A DNA stretch of 64,000 nt from an uncultured Bacteroidales bacterium (GCA_902779165.1 CACZAN010000033.1:23310-87309), one strand, 5' to 3'. Shown: positions 18,790-29,322, counted from the stretch's first letter. Numbers and translations: made by a program. Notes: a model not told the origin generated them from the letters alone.

Positions 18790-21720
18790 TTAATATCCAA
18801 AGATTTCTTCGAGGCTGACGCGACGGACGGGACCTACTTGCAGCAGAGCGGGCAGGTCGAGTTCCTTCTCGTTGCCGAGAATCATGTAGCGACGAGGCTT
18901 GCGGGCCATGCGTTCGTTAGCGAAGCGGACGACGTCGTCGAGTGTGATATTCGGCAGCTCGTTGTAAATCTTCTCATTGAGGTCGTAGTCGATGCCTTTG
19001 TCCTGGGCAGCCATCCAGGCGTTGAGGACGGCAAAGCGGGTAGTGCGCTGAGCGGCCAGCTGCTTGGTCAGGCTCTGCTTGGCAATCTCAAAGGCACTCT
19101 GGCTCTGGGGCAGGGTGTCGAGGATTTCATTGAACGTGTGGATGCAGTCCATCATCTTGTCGTTCTGCGAGATGATGAAGATGTAGCTCGTCTCGGGGTG
19201 ACCCTTGCGATCGGGAGCCTGGTTGTAGTAGGCGCTTGCGCTGTAGGCCAGTCCCCGGCTCTCGCGCAGTTCCTGGAATACGATACCATTCATGCCGGAA
19301 CCGAAGTATTCGTTGAAGAGTGCAGCCACGGGAGTAGCTTCGGGCTTCCACATATAGTCATCGTTATGGAAAGCCATCATATAGATGTTCTTTGCGTCAT
19401 AGGGAGCCAGCAGGATCTCCGTCTCGGGCGTCAGTTCCTCTTTGTAGTCCTCGAAGGTGAGAGGTGCCTTCAGTTCAGCGGGCAGCTGGTGTTCGTGTGT
19501 CAGCAGTTGAGCGATGTCGCCTAACGAACGGGGACCGTAGTAGAGCACCGTATGTTCGTAGCTGGTCAGGTTATGCAGAATGTCTACGAGTTCCTGCGGG
19601 TCGGTCTGAGCAAGCAGGGCTGCGGTCATGATGTCACGCTGGGGGTTGCGAGGACCAAAGAATCCGAATGCATAGAGGCGCTGGAAGCACTGTTGCTGTT
19701 CCAGCTTGGCATCGAATTGTGCCTTGGCCTGGTTGGCAACGTAGGCTGCATAGGCGGCACTGTCCACCTGAACGTTCTTCAACACATTCTCCAGCAGAGC
19801 CAGAGCCTCGGGCATATTCTCATCAAGACCGGAGAGGGTGATGGTGGTCTGATAGCTACCCGGGTGTACGTTGAAGGAACAAGCCAAGCCGTAGAACTTC
19901 TGCTGAATCTGTTCTGCAGACAGCGTGTCGGTGCCAAGCAGTTCGAGGTAGTCGCTGGCTGCGTCCAAACGCTTGTCGGCAGCAGTTCCGAAAGGCAGAC
20001 GGAATACGAGGTAGAAGATGCCGTTTTCTGTATTCTGCTTATAGATCAGCGGCAGCTTGTGCTCGGGAGCATCGTCGGTCTTAGACGTCCAGTTGCCTAC
20101 AACCAGGTCGTTCTTGAAGTCCACGAAGCGGGGCTGGATGGGCTCGACCTCGGTGTCCTGAATCTCCTTGACGAAGGCACTCATCTTGTCGCGGTTGGCA
20201 GGAATGGCGGTGATTTCGGGCTTCTCGATCTTCTTGATGTTCGGATCTTCGGCCTGGCGCTTGAAGACGGTGACGTAGTTGTTGTTGAAGAAGCGCTGAG
20301 CGAAGGCTACGATATCATCTTTAGTCAGTGCCGCAATGCGGTCGATACGAGCCACAGCGTCTTTCCATTCAATGCCATTGATAAATGCATTCTGGAACAT
20401 ACTGGTGCGGGCATTGTTGTGCTCCAGCGAGCGCATCTCTCTCAACTTCAAATTGTTGATGATGGCGTGCAGAAGTTCATCGGGGAAATTACCGCTTTTC
20501 AGCTTTTCGACTTCAGCGAGCATCAGTTCGCGAGCTTCTTCCAACGTCTGTCCAGGACGTGGCGAGCCTCCTATGACAAAGATTCCGTAATCTGCCAGCG
20601 GTTCGTAACTGGCCGTAGCTCCTAACATGCTCATCTTTTGATTGATATCGAGGTCGATGAGTCCGGCACGGCCGTTGCTCAGTACTTCGCTGATGAGCGA
20701 CAGCGTGTCGCAGGAACGCTCCTTGGCACTGGGAGCCTGCCAACCCAGATAGAGATTTTCGGCTTCGAGACCTAACACCGTGGTGTCCACGGGTGCTGTC
20801 AGGGCAGCCACCGGCTCGTATTCAGGCCGCTTGCAGTCGGGGTTCGGCTGCCATTCGCCAAAGTACTTCTCGATGATGGCGATCGTCTTGTCGGGGTCGA
20901 GGTCGCCGGACAGGCAAATTGCCACATTATTCGGGCAATAGTAGTTCTTGAAGTAGTTCTTGATGTTGGTGATCGAGGGATTCTTCAGGTGCTCCTGCGT
21001 ACCAATAGTGGTCTGTGTGCCGTAGGGGTGAGTGGGGTAGAGCTTCTTGAGCAGGGCGTTGACCATCTTCTCTCCGTCCTCACTGAGGTAGAGGTTGTAC
21101 TCTTCATATACGGCCTCCAACTCGGTGTGGAATCCGCGGATGACCATGTGCTGGAAGCGGTCGGCCTGGATGCGTGCCCAGTTCTCCACTTCGTTGGATG
21201 GGATGTTCTCTTCGTAGCAGGTGACATCGTAACTGGTGAAGGCGTTTGTGCCGTCGGAGCCGATGAGCGCCATCAGCTTATCATACTCATTGGGAATATT
21301 GTACTGGGCGGCGAGCTGGCTGACGCTGTCGATTTCGTGGTAAGCCTGTCTGCGTTCTTCGGGATCCGTGAGGAGACGATAGGCTTCGTAGCGCTGCTCT
21401 ATCTCATCGAGCAGAGGAGCCTCGGCCGTAGAGTCGCTGGTGCCGAACTGCTTGGTGCCCTTGAACATCAGGTGCTCGAGGTAGTGAGCCAGACCGGTGG
21501 TCTCGGCGGGGTCGTTACGTGAACCAGTGCGCACGGCGATGTTTGCCTGAATGCGAGGTTCGTCCTTGTTGACGGAAAGATAGACTTTCAGTCCGTTCTT
21601 CAATGTGTAGATGCGGGTCTGCATCGGGTCGCCCTTCACCGATTCGTACTTCTGCTTGTTGCAGCTGGTGAGGGTAAGCATGATGGCCACAGCGGCCAAC
21701 AAAATGGCTTTGATTTTCAT
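18790..21720 (-). CDS. M16 (insulinase/pitrilysin) family zinc peptidase, lipoprotein
   Basis: HxxEH motif HYLEHLMFKGT and lipobox LTLTSC. Its 976 aa form a two-module M16 architecture. Confidence 0.85.
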   Translation of the reverse strand: MKIKAILLAAVAIMLTLTSCNKQKYESVKGDPMQTRIYTLKNGLKVYLSVNKDEPRIQANIAVRTGSRNDPAETTGLAHYLEHLMFKGTKQFGTSDSTAEAPLLDEIEQRYEAYRLLTDPEERRQAYHEIDSVSQLAAQYNIPNEYDKLMALIGSDGTNAFTSYDVTCYEENIPSNEVENWARIQADRFQHMVIRGFHTELEAVYEEYNLYLSEDGEKMVNALLKKLYPTHPYGTQTTIGTQEHLKNPSITNIKNYFKNYYCPNNVAICLSGDLDPDKTIAIIEKYFGEWQPNPDCKRPEYEPVAALTAPVDTTVLGLEAENLYLGWQAPSAKERSCDTLSLISEVLSNGRAGLIDLDINQKMSMLGATASYEPLADYGIFVIGGSPRPGQTLEEARELMLAEVEKLKSGNFPDELLHAIINNLKLREMRSLEHNNARTSMFQNAFINGIEWKDAVARIDRIAALTKDDIVAFAQRFFNNNYVTVFKRQAEDPNIKKIEKPEITAIPANRDKMSAFVKEIQDTEVEPIQPRFVDFKNDLVVGNWTSKTDDAPEHKLPLIYKQNTENGIFYLVFRLPFGTAADKRLDAASDYLELLGTDTLSAEQIQQKFYGLACSFNVHPGSYQTTITLSGLDENMPEALALLENVLKNVQVDSAAYAAYVANQAKAQFDAKLEQQQCFQRLYAFGFFGPRNPQRDIMTAALLAQTDPQELVDILHNLTSYEHTVLYYGPRSLGDIAQLLTHEHQLPAELKAPLTFEDYKEELTPETEILLAPYDAKNIYMMAFHNDDYMWKPEATPVAALFNEYFGSGMNGIVFQELRESRGLAYSASAYYNQAPDRKGHPETSYIFIISQNDKMMDCIHTFNEILDTLPQSQSAFEIAKQSLTKQLAAQRTTRFAVLNAWMAAQDKGIDYDLNEKIYNELPNITLDDVVRFANERMARKPRRYMILGNEKELDLPALLQVGPVRRVSLEEIFGY

Positions 21721-21760
21721 TTTTGCTTGAATAATTAATTGAGGTTTATAGTTTTATTGG

Positions 21761-22567
21761 TTACGATTCCTGTATTAGCCAGTCGTCAATCAGTTGGCGG
21801 GCAATGGATGCTTTTCCGGGTATTGCCGGCATATTGTCTCTGGTGAACCAGCCGCCGTTGGAGAGTTCGCTGCGCTGGAGGCTGATTTCGCCGGATGCGT
21901 AGTCGGCGGTGAATCCCACCATCAGTCCGCAGGGGTAGGGCCAGGGCTGGGAGCCGAAGTAGCGTATGTTCCTGATTTCGAGGGACGTCTCTTCGCGCAC
22001 TTCGCGGCGCACGGCGTCTTCCAGCGTCTCGCCCGTCTCTACGAATCCGGCCACGAGGCCGTAGTAGGGGCGGCGGAAATTATTGGCGTGAACGAGGAGC
22101 ACTTCCTCGGCAGGCTTACCGTTGAGGTTGCTTTGGCGGGTGATACGAACGATGACGGCGGTAGCGAGCTGTGGCCACAGTTCCTTGCCGCACTCGGTGC
22201 AGCGTTTGCTGATTTCCGTCTCGAACTTCATGGGTGCTCCGCAGCAACCGCAGTACTTGGTGTTCTGGTCCCAGTAGATGAGTTCCTGTGCCTTGCCGGC
22301 GAGGTTATATTCCTCTGTGGAAAGGACGTCGAAGCTGGCGCGGAGGTTCATCATCTCCAGTCCTTCGTTATTAGCGACCGGACGATCGAGACGTACCACA
22401 TTCATTGACGCGGCCCCACCCGTCAAGGAGGGAAACTGGAGAGTGGTCACCTTGTTCCATGGCTGCAACTCCACAGGCGGTTCGTCACCTACGGGAAGAG
22501 AGAGGGTCGAGCCCTCTCTCCGTAGTAAGATGTCGCCTGCGCAGAGGCAACTCCATAAAGTCTTCAT
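21761..22567 (-). CDS. nudC: NAD(+) diphosphatase (NADH pyrophosphatase), Nudix family
   Basis: Zinc ribbon CGCCGAPMKF...CTECGKE and Nudix box GFVETGETLEDAVRREVREETSL. Confidence 0.8.
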   Translation of the reverse strand: MKTLWSCLCAGDILLRREGSTLSLPVGDEPPVELQPWNKVTTLQFPSLTGGAASMNVVRLDRPVANNEGLEMMNLRASFDVLSTEEYNLAGKAQELIYWDQNTKYCGCCGAPMKFETEISKRCTECGKELWPQLATAVIVRITRQSNLNGKPAEEVLLVHANNFRRPYYGLVAGFVETGETLEDAVRREVREETSLEIRNIRYFGSQPWPYPCGLMVGFTADYASGEISLQRSELSNGGWFTRDNMPAIPGKASIARQLIDDWLIQES

Positions 22568-24312
22568 TAAATTCCTAAATCTTTGCAGATAGCCTTCACC
22601 TTTTCCATAGCCTCAGCTGTAGCGCTGGTGTAGCACTTCGGACATTCCATGGTGGCTGGTGCCTCGATGTAGAATTTAATCTTCGGCTCGGTGCCGCTGG
22701 GGCGCACACTGACTTTCGTACCGTCTTCGGTGAACCACTGCAGCACGTTGCTGGTCGCAGGCATGTCGAGTTTCACGGACTGGCCTTCGCTGTCTGTTGC
22801 GGTGAGAGCCTGATAGTCCTTGATACAGATGACCTTGCTGCCGCCGAGGGTCTTGGGAGCCTTGGCACCGCGGAAGTCCACCATCATCTGCTTGATCTCG
22901 TCGGCACCGCTCTTGCCCGGGCGCACGACGTTGACCGTATGGTTCAGGGTGAAGCCGTATTCGAGATAGATGTCCATGAGGAGGTCATACAGTGTCTTGC
23001 CGTTGTCCTTGGCCCAGGCTGCGATTTCGCAGATGAGGCAGATGGAGGCAGGGCTGTCCTTGTCGCGTACTTTGTCGAACGGCAGGAAACCGAAGCTTTC
23101 TTCGCCGCCGCCAATGTACTTCTTGATGCCTTCGTTTTCGCGGATGAGGGCTGCAATCCATTTGAAGCCGGTGTAGCAGTCCATCATCTCCACGCCGTTC
23201 TTCTCGGCAATCTTCTTAATCAGCTCGGTGGTCACGATGGTCTTCACCAGGAACTCGTTGCCTTTCAGCTGGCCGAGTTTCTTCTTATTGGCGATGATGT
23301 ACCAGGCAAACATCATGCAGGTCTGGTTTCCATTGAGGATTTCCCATTCGCCCTGTGGGTTGCGGCAGACGATAGCGAGGCGGTCTGCGTCGGGGTCAGA
23401 AGCAATGACGAGGTCGGCGTTCAGCTTTGTGCCGAGCTTCATTCCTAATGTCATGGCCTCGGAGTTCTCGGGATTCGGGCTTACGACCGTGGGGAAATTT
23501 CCGTCGATGACCATCTGCTCTGTCACCACATGGATGTTCTGGAATCCCCAGCTGCGCAGTGCTTCGGGAATGATGACGCGGCCGGTTCCGTGCAGCGGAG
23601 TATAGACGATGTTCAGGTCCTTCTGGCGGTTGATGACCTCTTGGTCAACCATGGCTTCCTTCACGGCCTGCAGGTAATCCCAGTCCATTTCGCCGCCGAT
23701 GATCTCGATGAGGTCGGGGTTGCCCTGGAACTTCACGTCTTCTATCTTCACCTTGTTCACCTCGTCGATGATACCCGTGTCGTGGGGTGCCAGCACCTGT
23801 GCGCCGTCTTCCCAGTAGGCCTTGTAGCCATTGTACTCTTTCGGGTTGTGGGAGGCGGTGACGTTCACGCCGGCCTGAGCTCCGAGCTGCCGGATGGCGA
23901 AGGAGATTTCGGGCGTGGGACGCAGGCTCTCGAAGAGATAGACCTTGATGCCGTTGGCCGAGAAGATGTTTGCCACGGTCTCGGCGTATTCGCGGCCGTG
24001 GTTGCGGCAGTCGTGACCAACGACCACGCTGAGGTCCTTGCGGCCTGAGAAGGCCTTGAGGATATAGTTGGCGAAGCCTTGTGTGGCTGCGCCTACGATG
24101 TAGCGATTCATGCGGTTGGTGCCTGCGCCCATGATACCACGCAGGCCGCCGGTGCCGAATTCCAGTGTCTGATAGAATGCGTCCACAAGGGCGGTCTTGT
24201 CGTCGGATTCCAACATGGCACGGATTTCGTCCTTTGTCTCGTTGTCATAAACGGGGGAGGCAAGCCACTCTTGGGCCTTGGCCTCGCAACTCTTAATCAG
24301 TTCGTTGTCCAT
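22567..24312 (-). CDS. Phospho-sugar mutase (phosphoglucomutase/phosphomannomutase family)
   Basis: Active-site TASHNP, a Mg-binding DPDADR motif and the four-domain length (581 aa). Confidence 0.85.
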   Translation of the reverse strand: MDNELIKSCEAKAQEWLASPVYDNETKDEIRAMLESDDKTALVDAFYQTLEFGTGGLRGIMGAGTNRMNRYIVGAATQGFANYILKAFSGRKDLSVVVGHDCRNHGREYAETVANIFSANGIKVYLFESLRPTPEISFAIRQLGAQAGVNVTASHNPKEYNGYKAYWEDGAQVLAPHDTGIIDEVNKVKIEDVKFQGNPDLIEIIGGEMDWDYLQAVKEAMVDQEVINRQKDLNIVYTPLHGTGRVIIPEALRSWGFQNIHVVTEQMVIDGNFPTVVSPNPENSEAMTLGMKLGTKLNADLVIASDPDADRLAIVCRNPQGEWEILNGNQTCMMFAWYIIANKKKLGQLKGNEFLVKTIVTTELIKKIAEKNGVEMMDCYTGFKWIAALIRENEGIKKYIGGGEESFGFLPFDKVRDKDSPASICLICEIAAWAKDNGKTLYDLLMDIYLEYGFTLNHTVNVVRPGKSGADEIKQMMVDFRGAKAPKTLGGSKVICIKDYQALTATDSEGQSVKLDMPATSNVLQWFTEDGTKVSVRPSGTEPKIKFYIEAPATMECPKCYTSATAEAMEKVKAICKDLGI

Positions 24313-24348
24313 TGTAGTTAGGTTTTATTTGAGGATAATAATGATTGT

Positions 24349-25242
24349 TTAGTATTTGATGTGCAGTTCACGCAGGATGGCAGAAATCTGTTCCATCGTG
24401 GTGAGTCGGGTGGGCACCAGAGGCAGGCGCAGCTGGTTTTCGATCATTCCCATAGCATGCAGCATTGCCTTCACGCCCGCGGGGTTGCCGTCGACGAAAA
24501 GCAGTTTGAACAGCTCTGCGAACTTGTGGTGGATGTGGAGTGCCGAGGCGTAGTCGCCGCGCAGTGCCAGACGCACCATTCGCGAGAACTCGCGGGGCAG
24601 GGCATTGCCGATGACGCTGATGACGCCCACGGCGCCGAGGGTGATCAGCGGGAAGGTGATGCCGTCGTCACCGCTGATGACATCGAAGCCTTCGGGCTTG
24701 TTCTTGATGATGTCATCCATCTGGGTGATATTGCCGCTGGCCTCTTTGATGGCAACGATGTTCTCGAAGTCGCGAGCCAGCCGCAGGGTGGTCTCGGCAG
24801 TCATGTTCACGCCCGTGCGCCCGGGTACATTATATAATACTACGGGTACTGGTGAAGCCTCTGCGATAGCGCGGAAGTGCTGGTAGAGTCCTTCCTGCGA
24901 GGGCTTGTTGTACATCGGGCAGACGCTGAGGACGCCATCGATTCCCGTCCAGTCTGTTTCCTGCAGTTCCTGCACGACCGCTGCCGTGCAGTTTCCTCCG
25001 CATCCCATGAGGAGCGGAACGCGTCCTGCCACCCGTTCCACGAGCAGTGCTTTCAGCCAGCGCTTCTCGTCGCGGGTGAGGGTAGGGGTCTCGGCCGTGG
25101 TGCCCATGATGCATAGGAAATCGGCTCCCGACGTGATTTGGTATTCCACCAGTCGGATCAGAGCGTCGGTGTCAATAGAGCCGTCAGCCTTAAAAGGCGT
25201 GATGAGAGCGATACCGAGGCCGCGGAATTTATTTTGTGCCAT
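24349..25242 (-). CDS. dapA: 4-hydroxy-tetrahydrodipicolinate synthase
   Basis: Typical DapA N-terminus FRGLGIALITPF and a full-length 297 aa. Confidence 0.9.
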   Translation of the reverse strand: MAQNKFRGLGIALITPFKADGSIDTDALIRLVEYQITSGADFLCIMGTTAETPTLTRDEKRWLKALLVERVAGRVPLLMGCGGNCTAAVVQELQETDWTGIDGVLSVCPMYNKPSQEGLYQHFRAIAEASPVPVVLYNVPGRTGVNMTAETTLRLARDFENIVAIKEASGNITQMDDIIKNKPEGFDVISGDDGITFPLITLGAVGVISVIGNALPREFSRMVRLALRGDYASALHIHHKFAELFKLLFVDGNPAGVKAMLHAMGMIENQLRLPLVPTRLTTMEQISAILRELHIKY

Positions 25243-25260
25243 GTATGATTTTTGGAGTGC

Positions 25261-25731
25261 TTAATTCTTTTTGAAGTAATAGACAAACGTCGAGACGCCT
25301 TCGAGGGCGGTCTTGCCCGTTTCCTTGATTTCAATCTTGAAGCGCATGCTCATGCGGATAGCGCCGCGCAGGTTGGCCAGCGCTTCGAGGTGTGTATTGA
25401 GTCGGACGCTCTGACCGGAGAGCACGGGCTGGCCGAACTTCATCTTGTCCATTCCGTAGTTCACCAGGCGTTCGAGGTTGTTGACTTGGATGATCTGGTC
25501 CCACAGGTAGGGCAGCAGCGAGAGGGTCAGGTAGCCGTGGGCGATGGTTTGTCCGAAGGGACTTTCCTGACGACAACGCTCCTCGTCGACGTGAATCCAC
25601 TGGTGGTCGAGGGTGGCATCCGCGAAAAGGTTGATACGTTCCTGATCTACCAACAGGTATTCTGATGTTCCTATTTCTTTTCCGAGGTATTTTTCGAAGT
25701 CCTCGTAGCAGTTAATGATGACTTTATCCAT
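25261..25731 (-). CDS. MaoC-family (R)-hydratase/dehydratase
   Basis: I trimmed the start to MDKVIINCYEDF. Hot-dog fold with a DxxxxH-type motif region (DHQWIHVD). Confidence 0.7.
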   Translation of the reverse strand: MDKVIINCYEDFEKYLGKEIGTSEYLLVDQERINLFADATLDHQWIHVDEERCRQESPFGQTIAHGYLTLSLLPYLWDQIIQVNNLERLVNYGMDKMKFGQPVLSGQSVRLNTHLEALANLRGAIRMSMRFKIEIKETGKTALEGVSTFVYYFKKN

Positions 25732-25846
25732 AATATAAAAGTGCTCGTTGTAGGTTTCAGTGTGCAAAGGTACGCTTTTTTGCTCGAAAAAGCAGAAAGT
25801 TTATCGCTTTTTTACACGAAAACTTGCTTATGCGCGCTATTTCATC

Positions 25847-25854
25847 TAATTTTG
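25847..25854 (+). promoter_or_regulatory. -7 box upstream of kdsA
   Basis: taattttg lies 28 nt upstream of the ATG at 25882. Confidence 0.5.
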
Positions 25855-25881
25855 CACGCCAAAACAATAAAATCCTTCCCA

Positions 25882-26637
25882 ATGAAGCCACTTTTCATAG
25901 CAGGACCGTGTGTCATCGAGAGTGCCGAGGTGCTCGATAGCGTTGCCTCGGAACTTGTCCGTCTCCAGCGGAAGTATGACCTCGATATTTACTTCAAGGC
26001 CTCCTTCGACAAGGCCAACCGCACCAGCCTCTCGTCGTTCCGTGGTCCGGGTCTTGAGCGCGGACTGCAGATGCTGTCTGATGTCCGTTCAAAATACGGG
26101 CTCCGGCTGCTGACGGATATCCATGAGAGTTCCCAGGCTGCTGCCGTCGGCGAGGTGGTGGATGTCCTCCAGATTCCGGCCTTCCTCTGCCGGCAGACCG
26201 ACCTGCTGGTGGCTGCGGCAAAGACGGGCAAGGTGGTGAACATCAAGAAAGCCCAGTTCCTTTCGGGTCAGGATATGCAGTTCCCTGTGGAGAAGTGCCG
26301 CGAGAGCGGAGCCGTCGACGTGTGGCTGACGGAGCGTGGCAACACCTTCGGCTACAACAACCTTGTCGTGGACTTCCGCAATATTCCTGAGATGTTGCGT
26401 TGGACGCCGCGTGTCATCATGGACTGCACCCACTCGGTGCAGCGTCCCGGTGCCGCAGGTGGAAAGACGGGCGGCAACCGGGAATTCGTGCCCTCGATGG
26501 CTTTGGCTGCCAAGGCCTTCGGTGCTACGGGTTATTTCTTCGAGACCCACCCCGACCCAGACCGCGCACTCAGCGACGGGCCTAATATGCTGCGGCTGGA
26601 AGATCTGGAAGGAGTTATTAAGAGCTTGATCGTTTAG
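25882..26637 (+). CDS. kdsA: 3-deoxy-8-phosphooctulonate (KDO-8-P) synthase
   Basis: I trimmed the start to MKPLFIAGPCVIES. A TAnnTTTG box lies 28 nt upstream. Confidence 0.9.
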   Translation: MKPLFIAGPCVIESAEVLDSVASELVRLQRKYDLDIYFKASFDKANRTSLSSFRGPGLERGLQMLSDVRSKYGLRLLTDIHESSQAAAVGEVVDVLQIPAFLCRQTDLLVAAAKTGKVVNIKKAQFLSGQDMQFPVEKCRESGAVDVWLTERGNTFGYNNLVVDFRNIPEMLRWTPRVIMDCTHSVQRPGAAGGKTGGNREFVPSMALAAKAFGATGYFFETHPDPDRALSDGPNMLRLEDLEGVIKSLIV

Positions 26638-26645
26638 CGAAAACT

Positions 26646-27605
26646 ATGGTTAATAACATAAATGTCAAAGGCGTAGCCGAACGCTGCCTGCGCGATGAGG
26701 CCGCCGCTATATTGAATATCATCCCCCAGTTGGACGAACAGCTGGATCGCGTCGTGGAGCTGCTGCTGCACTGCACCGGAAAAGTCATTATCACAGGCGT
26801 AGGAAAGAGTGGCCATGTGGGCGAGAAGATTGCCGCCACACTGGCCTCGACGGGAACCCCCGCCTTCTATATCAATCCGTTAGATGCGTTTCATGGTGAT
26901 CTGGGAATGATTACCCAGAACGATGTGGTTGTGGCGTTGTCGAATAGCGGACAGACCGAGGAACTGCTGCGAATAGTGCCTTTCCTGAAGGAACATAAGA
27001 TTCCGCTGGTGGGAATATCTGGCAACGCCGATTCCCTGCTGGCCCGTAATGCCGACCTACATATCCTGCTGCATGTGGCGGAGGAAGCTTGTCCGCTGAA
27101 TCTGGCGCCGACGAGTTCCACGACCGTACAGCTTGCCTTTGGCGACGCGCTGGCAATTGCGCTGATGGAAGTGCGTCATTTCCAGGCGCGTGACTTCGCT
27201 CAGTTCCACCCGGGAGGTTCGCTGGGTCGCCGGCTGCTCACGATTGCCAGTGACGTGATGCGGACCGAGAATCTGCCGCTGCTCTCGCCCTCGATGAGCC
27301 TCGCCGAGGCTGTAACCCTCGTCAGTAAGGGAAAGATGGGCATGGCAGTGGTCATGGAAGGCGACCGCGTGGCAGGAGTCATCACGGACGGCGACGTGCG
27401 CCGCACCATGCAGGCTCGCCGCGAGGATTTTTTCGACGTGACCGTCGGAGAAGTGATGACGCGCCAGCCAAAGAGCGTAGGTCCCGACACGAAGCTTCCG
27501 ATGGTGCAGCGCATGCTTCAGGAAAATAATATTCACGCTGTGCCTGTCGTCGACGCAGAGCACCATCTTCTCGGAATCGTAGATTCGCTAAGCTGCCTGT
27601 TGTGA
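26646..27605 (+). CDS. kdsD: Arabinose-5-phosphate isomerase (KpsF/GutQ family; SIS + tandem CBS)
   Basis: GVGKSGHVGEKIAATLASTG SIS motif and C-terminal CBS pair. It follows kdsA. Confidence 0.85.
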   Translation: MVNNINVKGVAERCLRDEAAAILNIIPQLDEQLDRVVELLLHCTGKVIITGVGKSGHVGEKIAATLASTGTPAFYINPLDAFHGDLGMITQNDVVVALSNSGQTEELLRIVPFLKEHKIPLVGISGNADSLLARNADLHILLHVAEEACPLNLAPTSSTTVQLAFGDALAIALMEVRHFQARDFAQFHPGGSLGRRLLTIASDVMRTENLPLLSPSMSLAEAVTLVSKGKMGMAVVMEGDRVAGVITDGDVRRTMQARREDFFDVTVGEVMTRQPKSVGPDTKLPMVQRMLQENNIHAVPVVDAEHHLLGIVDSLSCLL

Positions 27606-28930
27606 TGAGACGCCTGTTGCTGTTTGCCCTCATCTTATCGTCTGTGTTTCAGGCTCCTGCTCAGGAGCCCGACGGTGCTGTGCTGCCTTCCGACAGCCTC
27701 CTGCGCCGCAGCCTGCAGGAGCAGTTAGGCGTGGAGTTCACGGCAAACAACAGCGTGGTGCTGTTGCACACTGGTGCCCAAAAGTTCGATGCGCTGTTCT
27801 CGGCAATCCGTCAGGCGCGCCACTTCATTCATCTGGAATATTTCAACTTTCGCAACGATTCCATCGGAATGGCGCTGTTCGACTTGCTCGGGCTGAAAGC
27901 CAAGGAGGGAGTGGAAGTCCGCGCACTTTACGACAGCTTCGGTAACAGCAGCAACGACAGCCCCTTGAAGAACAAACACTTGCGGACCATCCGTCAAACG
28001 GGCGTACTGGTGGAGGAATACGATCCCATCAAGTTCCCGTGGGTCAATCACGCCTTTCACCGCGACCACCGCAAGATTGTGATCATAGACGGCGCCGTCT
28101 GTTACGCCGGTGGTATGAATGTGGCAGACTATTACATCCACGGCAAGCCTCAGTTCGGTGAGTGGCGGGATATGCACATGGAAATGACGGGCGATGTCGT
28201 GGCGCAGTATGAGGCCATATTTGCAAGGATGTGGTGGCAGCAGACGGGCGAAATCCTGCTCAACGAGATTTATGCGCCGCAGGCTGCCACGCCTTCGGAG
28301 TACAGTGCCAAGTTCCTTCCTGTAGTCCGTCCGGCTAATGATTTCCAGTTGCTTACAGACACCACCCCCTCAGCTGGAAAGAAACTTATTGGCGTGGTAG
28401 ACCGCAGACCTCATGAGGCATCGAAGTATATGAGGCAGGCTTACGTCGCTGCCATCGATGCCGCTCAGGACAGCATCCAGATTGTCAACCCCTATCCCAC
28501 GAATGTAAAGAGCGTCCGCAAAGCGCTGCGCAGGGCGCTGGAACGGGGCGTGAAGGTACAGATCATGGTTTCGGCGAAGAGCGATGTGCCCATTACTCCC
28601 GACGTGGTGGCATTGGAAATGAAGAAGTTGGCAAAGCGCGGAGCCGAAGTGCTCTATAACCAGACCGGCTTCCATCATTCCAAGGTGATGATGGTCGACG
28701 GGCGCTTCTGCACGATTGGCAGCACGAACCTCGACGGCCGCAGCTTCTTATGCGACTACGAAGTGAACAGCTTCATCCTCGACACCTGCACCACCCACCA
28801 GCTGCAGCAGCTCTTCGAGGCCGACCGCCGCCAGTGTACGCCGTTCCGTGCAGAGGATTACCGCAAGCTGTATAACTTCGGCCACCGCCTGACAGGACAT
28901 TTCTTCTCCCTCTTCCGCCGATTCTTCTGA
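27602..28930 (+). CDS. cls: Phospholipase D-family protein, cardiolipin synthase-like
   Basis: Two HKD motifs (HRKIVIIDG, HHSKVMMVDG) and an N-terminal signal/anchor. The last ~63 bp are duplicated at 29700-29762. Confidence 0.75.
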   Translation: MMRRLLLFALILSSVFQAPAQEPDGAVLPSDSLLRRSLQEQLGVEFTANNSVVLLHTGAQKFDALFSAIRQARHFIHLEYFNFRNDSIGMALFDLLGLKAKEGVEVRALYDSFGNSSNDSPLKNKHLRTIRQTGVLVEEYDPIKFPWVNHAFHRDHRKIVIIDGAVCYAGGMNVADYYIHGKPQFGEWRDMHMEMTGDVVAQYEAIFARMWWQQTGEILLNEIYAPQAATPSEYSAKFLPVVRPANDFQLLTDTTPSAGKKLIGVVDRRPHEASKYMRQAYVAAIDAAQDSIQIVNPYPTNVKSVRKALRRALERGVKVQIMVSAKSDVPITPDVVALEMKKLAKRGAEVLYNQTGFHHSKVMMVDGRFCTIGSTNLDGRSFLCDYEVNSFILDTCTTHQLQQLFEADRRQCTPFRAEDYRKLYNFGHRLTGHFFSLFRRFF

Positions 28931-28979
28931 CGCCCAACCCACCTCTTCTCCCAGTCTCATTCAACATAAAATAAAAACT

Positions 28980-29208
28980 TCAAGTTTCGCAAAGTGATGC
29001 CGTAGGCATCAGACAATGGTAGCCAGCCATTTCAATGGCTGGTAATGAGGATGTTGACGGATAGCGTGCCGTAGGTACGCGACAGGGATTACCAGCCATT
29101 GAAATGGCTGGCTACCATTGTCACGCCCCGCTGGGGCTTTGTATCACAGCTGGTTCTTCGAAGAGTCGAAGCGAACAAAGTTCGAGCGAGCATACTAGCA
29201 AAACTTGA
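28980..29208 (+). mobile_element. MITE-like nested-palindrome element, family 2, copy A (carries a ~35 bp internal insertion)
   Basis: Termini caagtttcg...cgaaacttg-like. Internal long stem gacaatggtagccagccatttcaatggctgg / ccagccattgaaatggctggctaccattgtc. Small palindromes gatgccgtaggcatc and gccccgctggggc. Confidence 0.8.
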
Positions 29209-29216
29209 ATAAAAAC

Positions 29217-29322
29217 TTTTTCTCAAAAATCCCCCGAATCCACCGATAATTCCCTCTGAAAACAGGTCTCAACAGACAAAACAAGGGCTTCAATCGGTGG
29301 ATTCGGGGGATTTTTGAGAAAA
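29217..29322. repeat. Perfect 30-bp inverted repeat with a 45-nt spacer
   Basis: ttttctcaaaaatcccccgaatccaccgat (29217-29247, endpoints hand-counted) pairs with atcggtggattcgggggatttttgagaaaa (29293-29322). Confidence 0.85.

Noticed and set aside
22414-22436. Possible degenerate GC-hairpin arm inside nudC (FPSLTGGAAS)
   Set aside because: Only half of the arm consensus is present (tccctccttgacgggtgggg). The hairpin partner and the flanking blocks are missing, so the similarity may be chance in GC-rich coding sequence.
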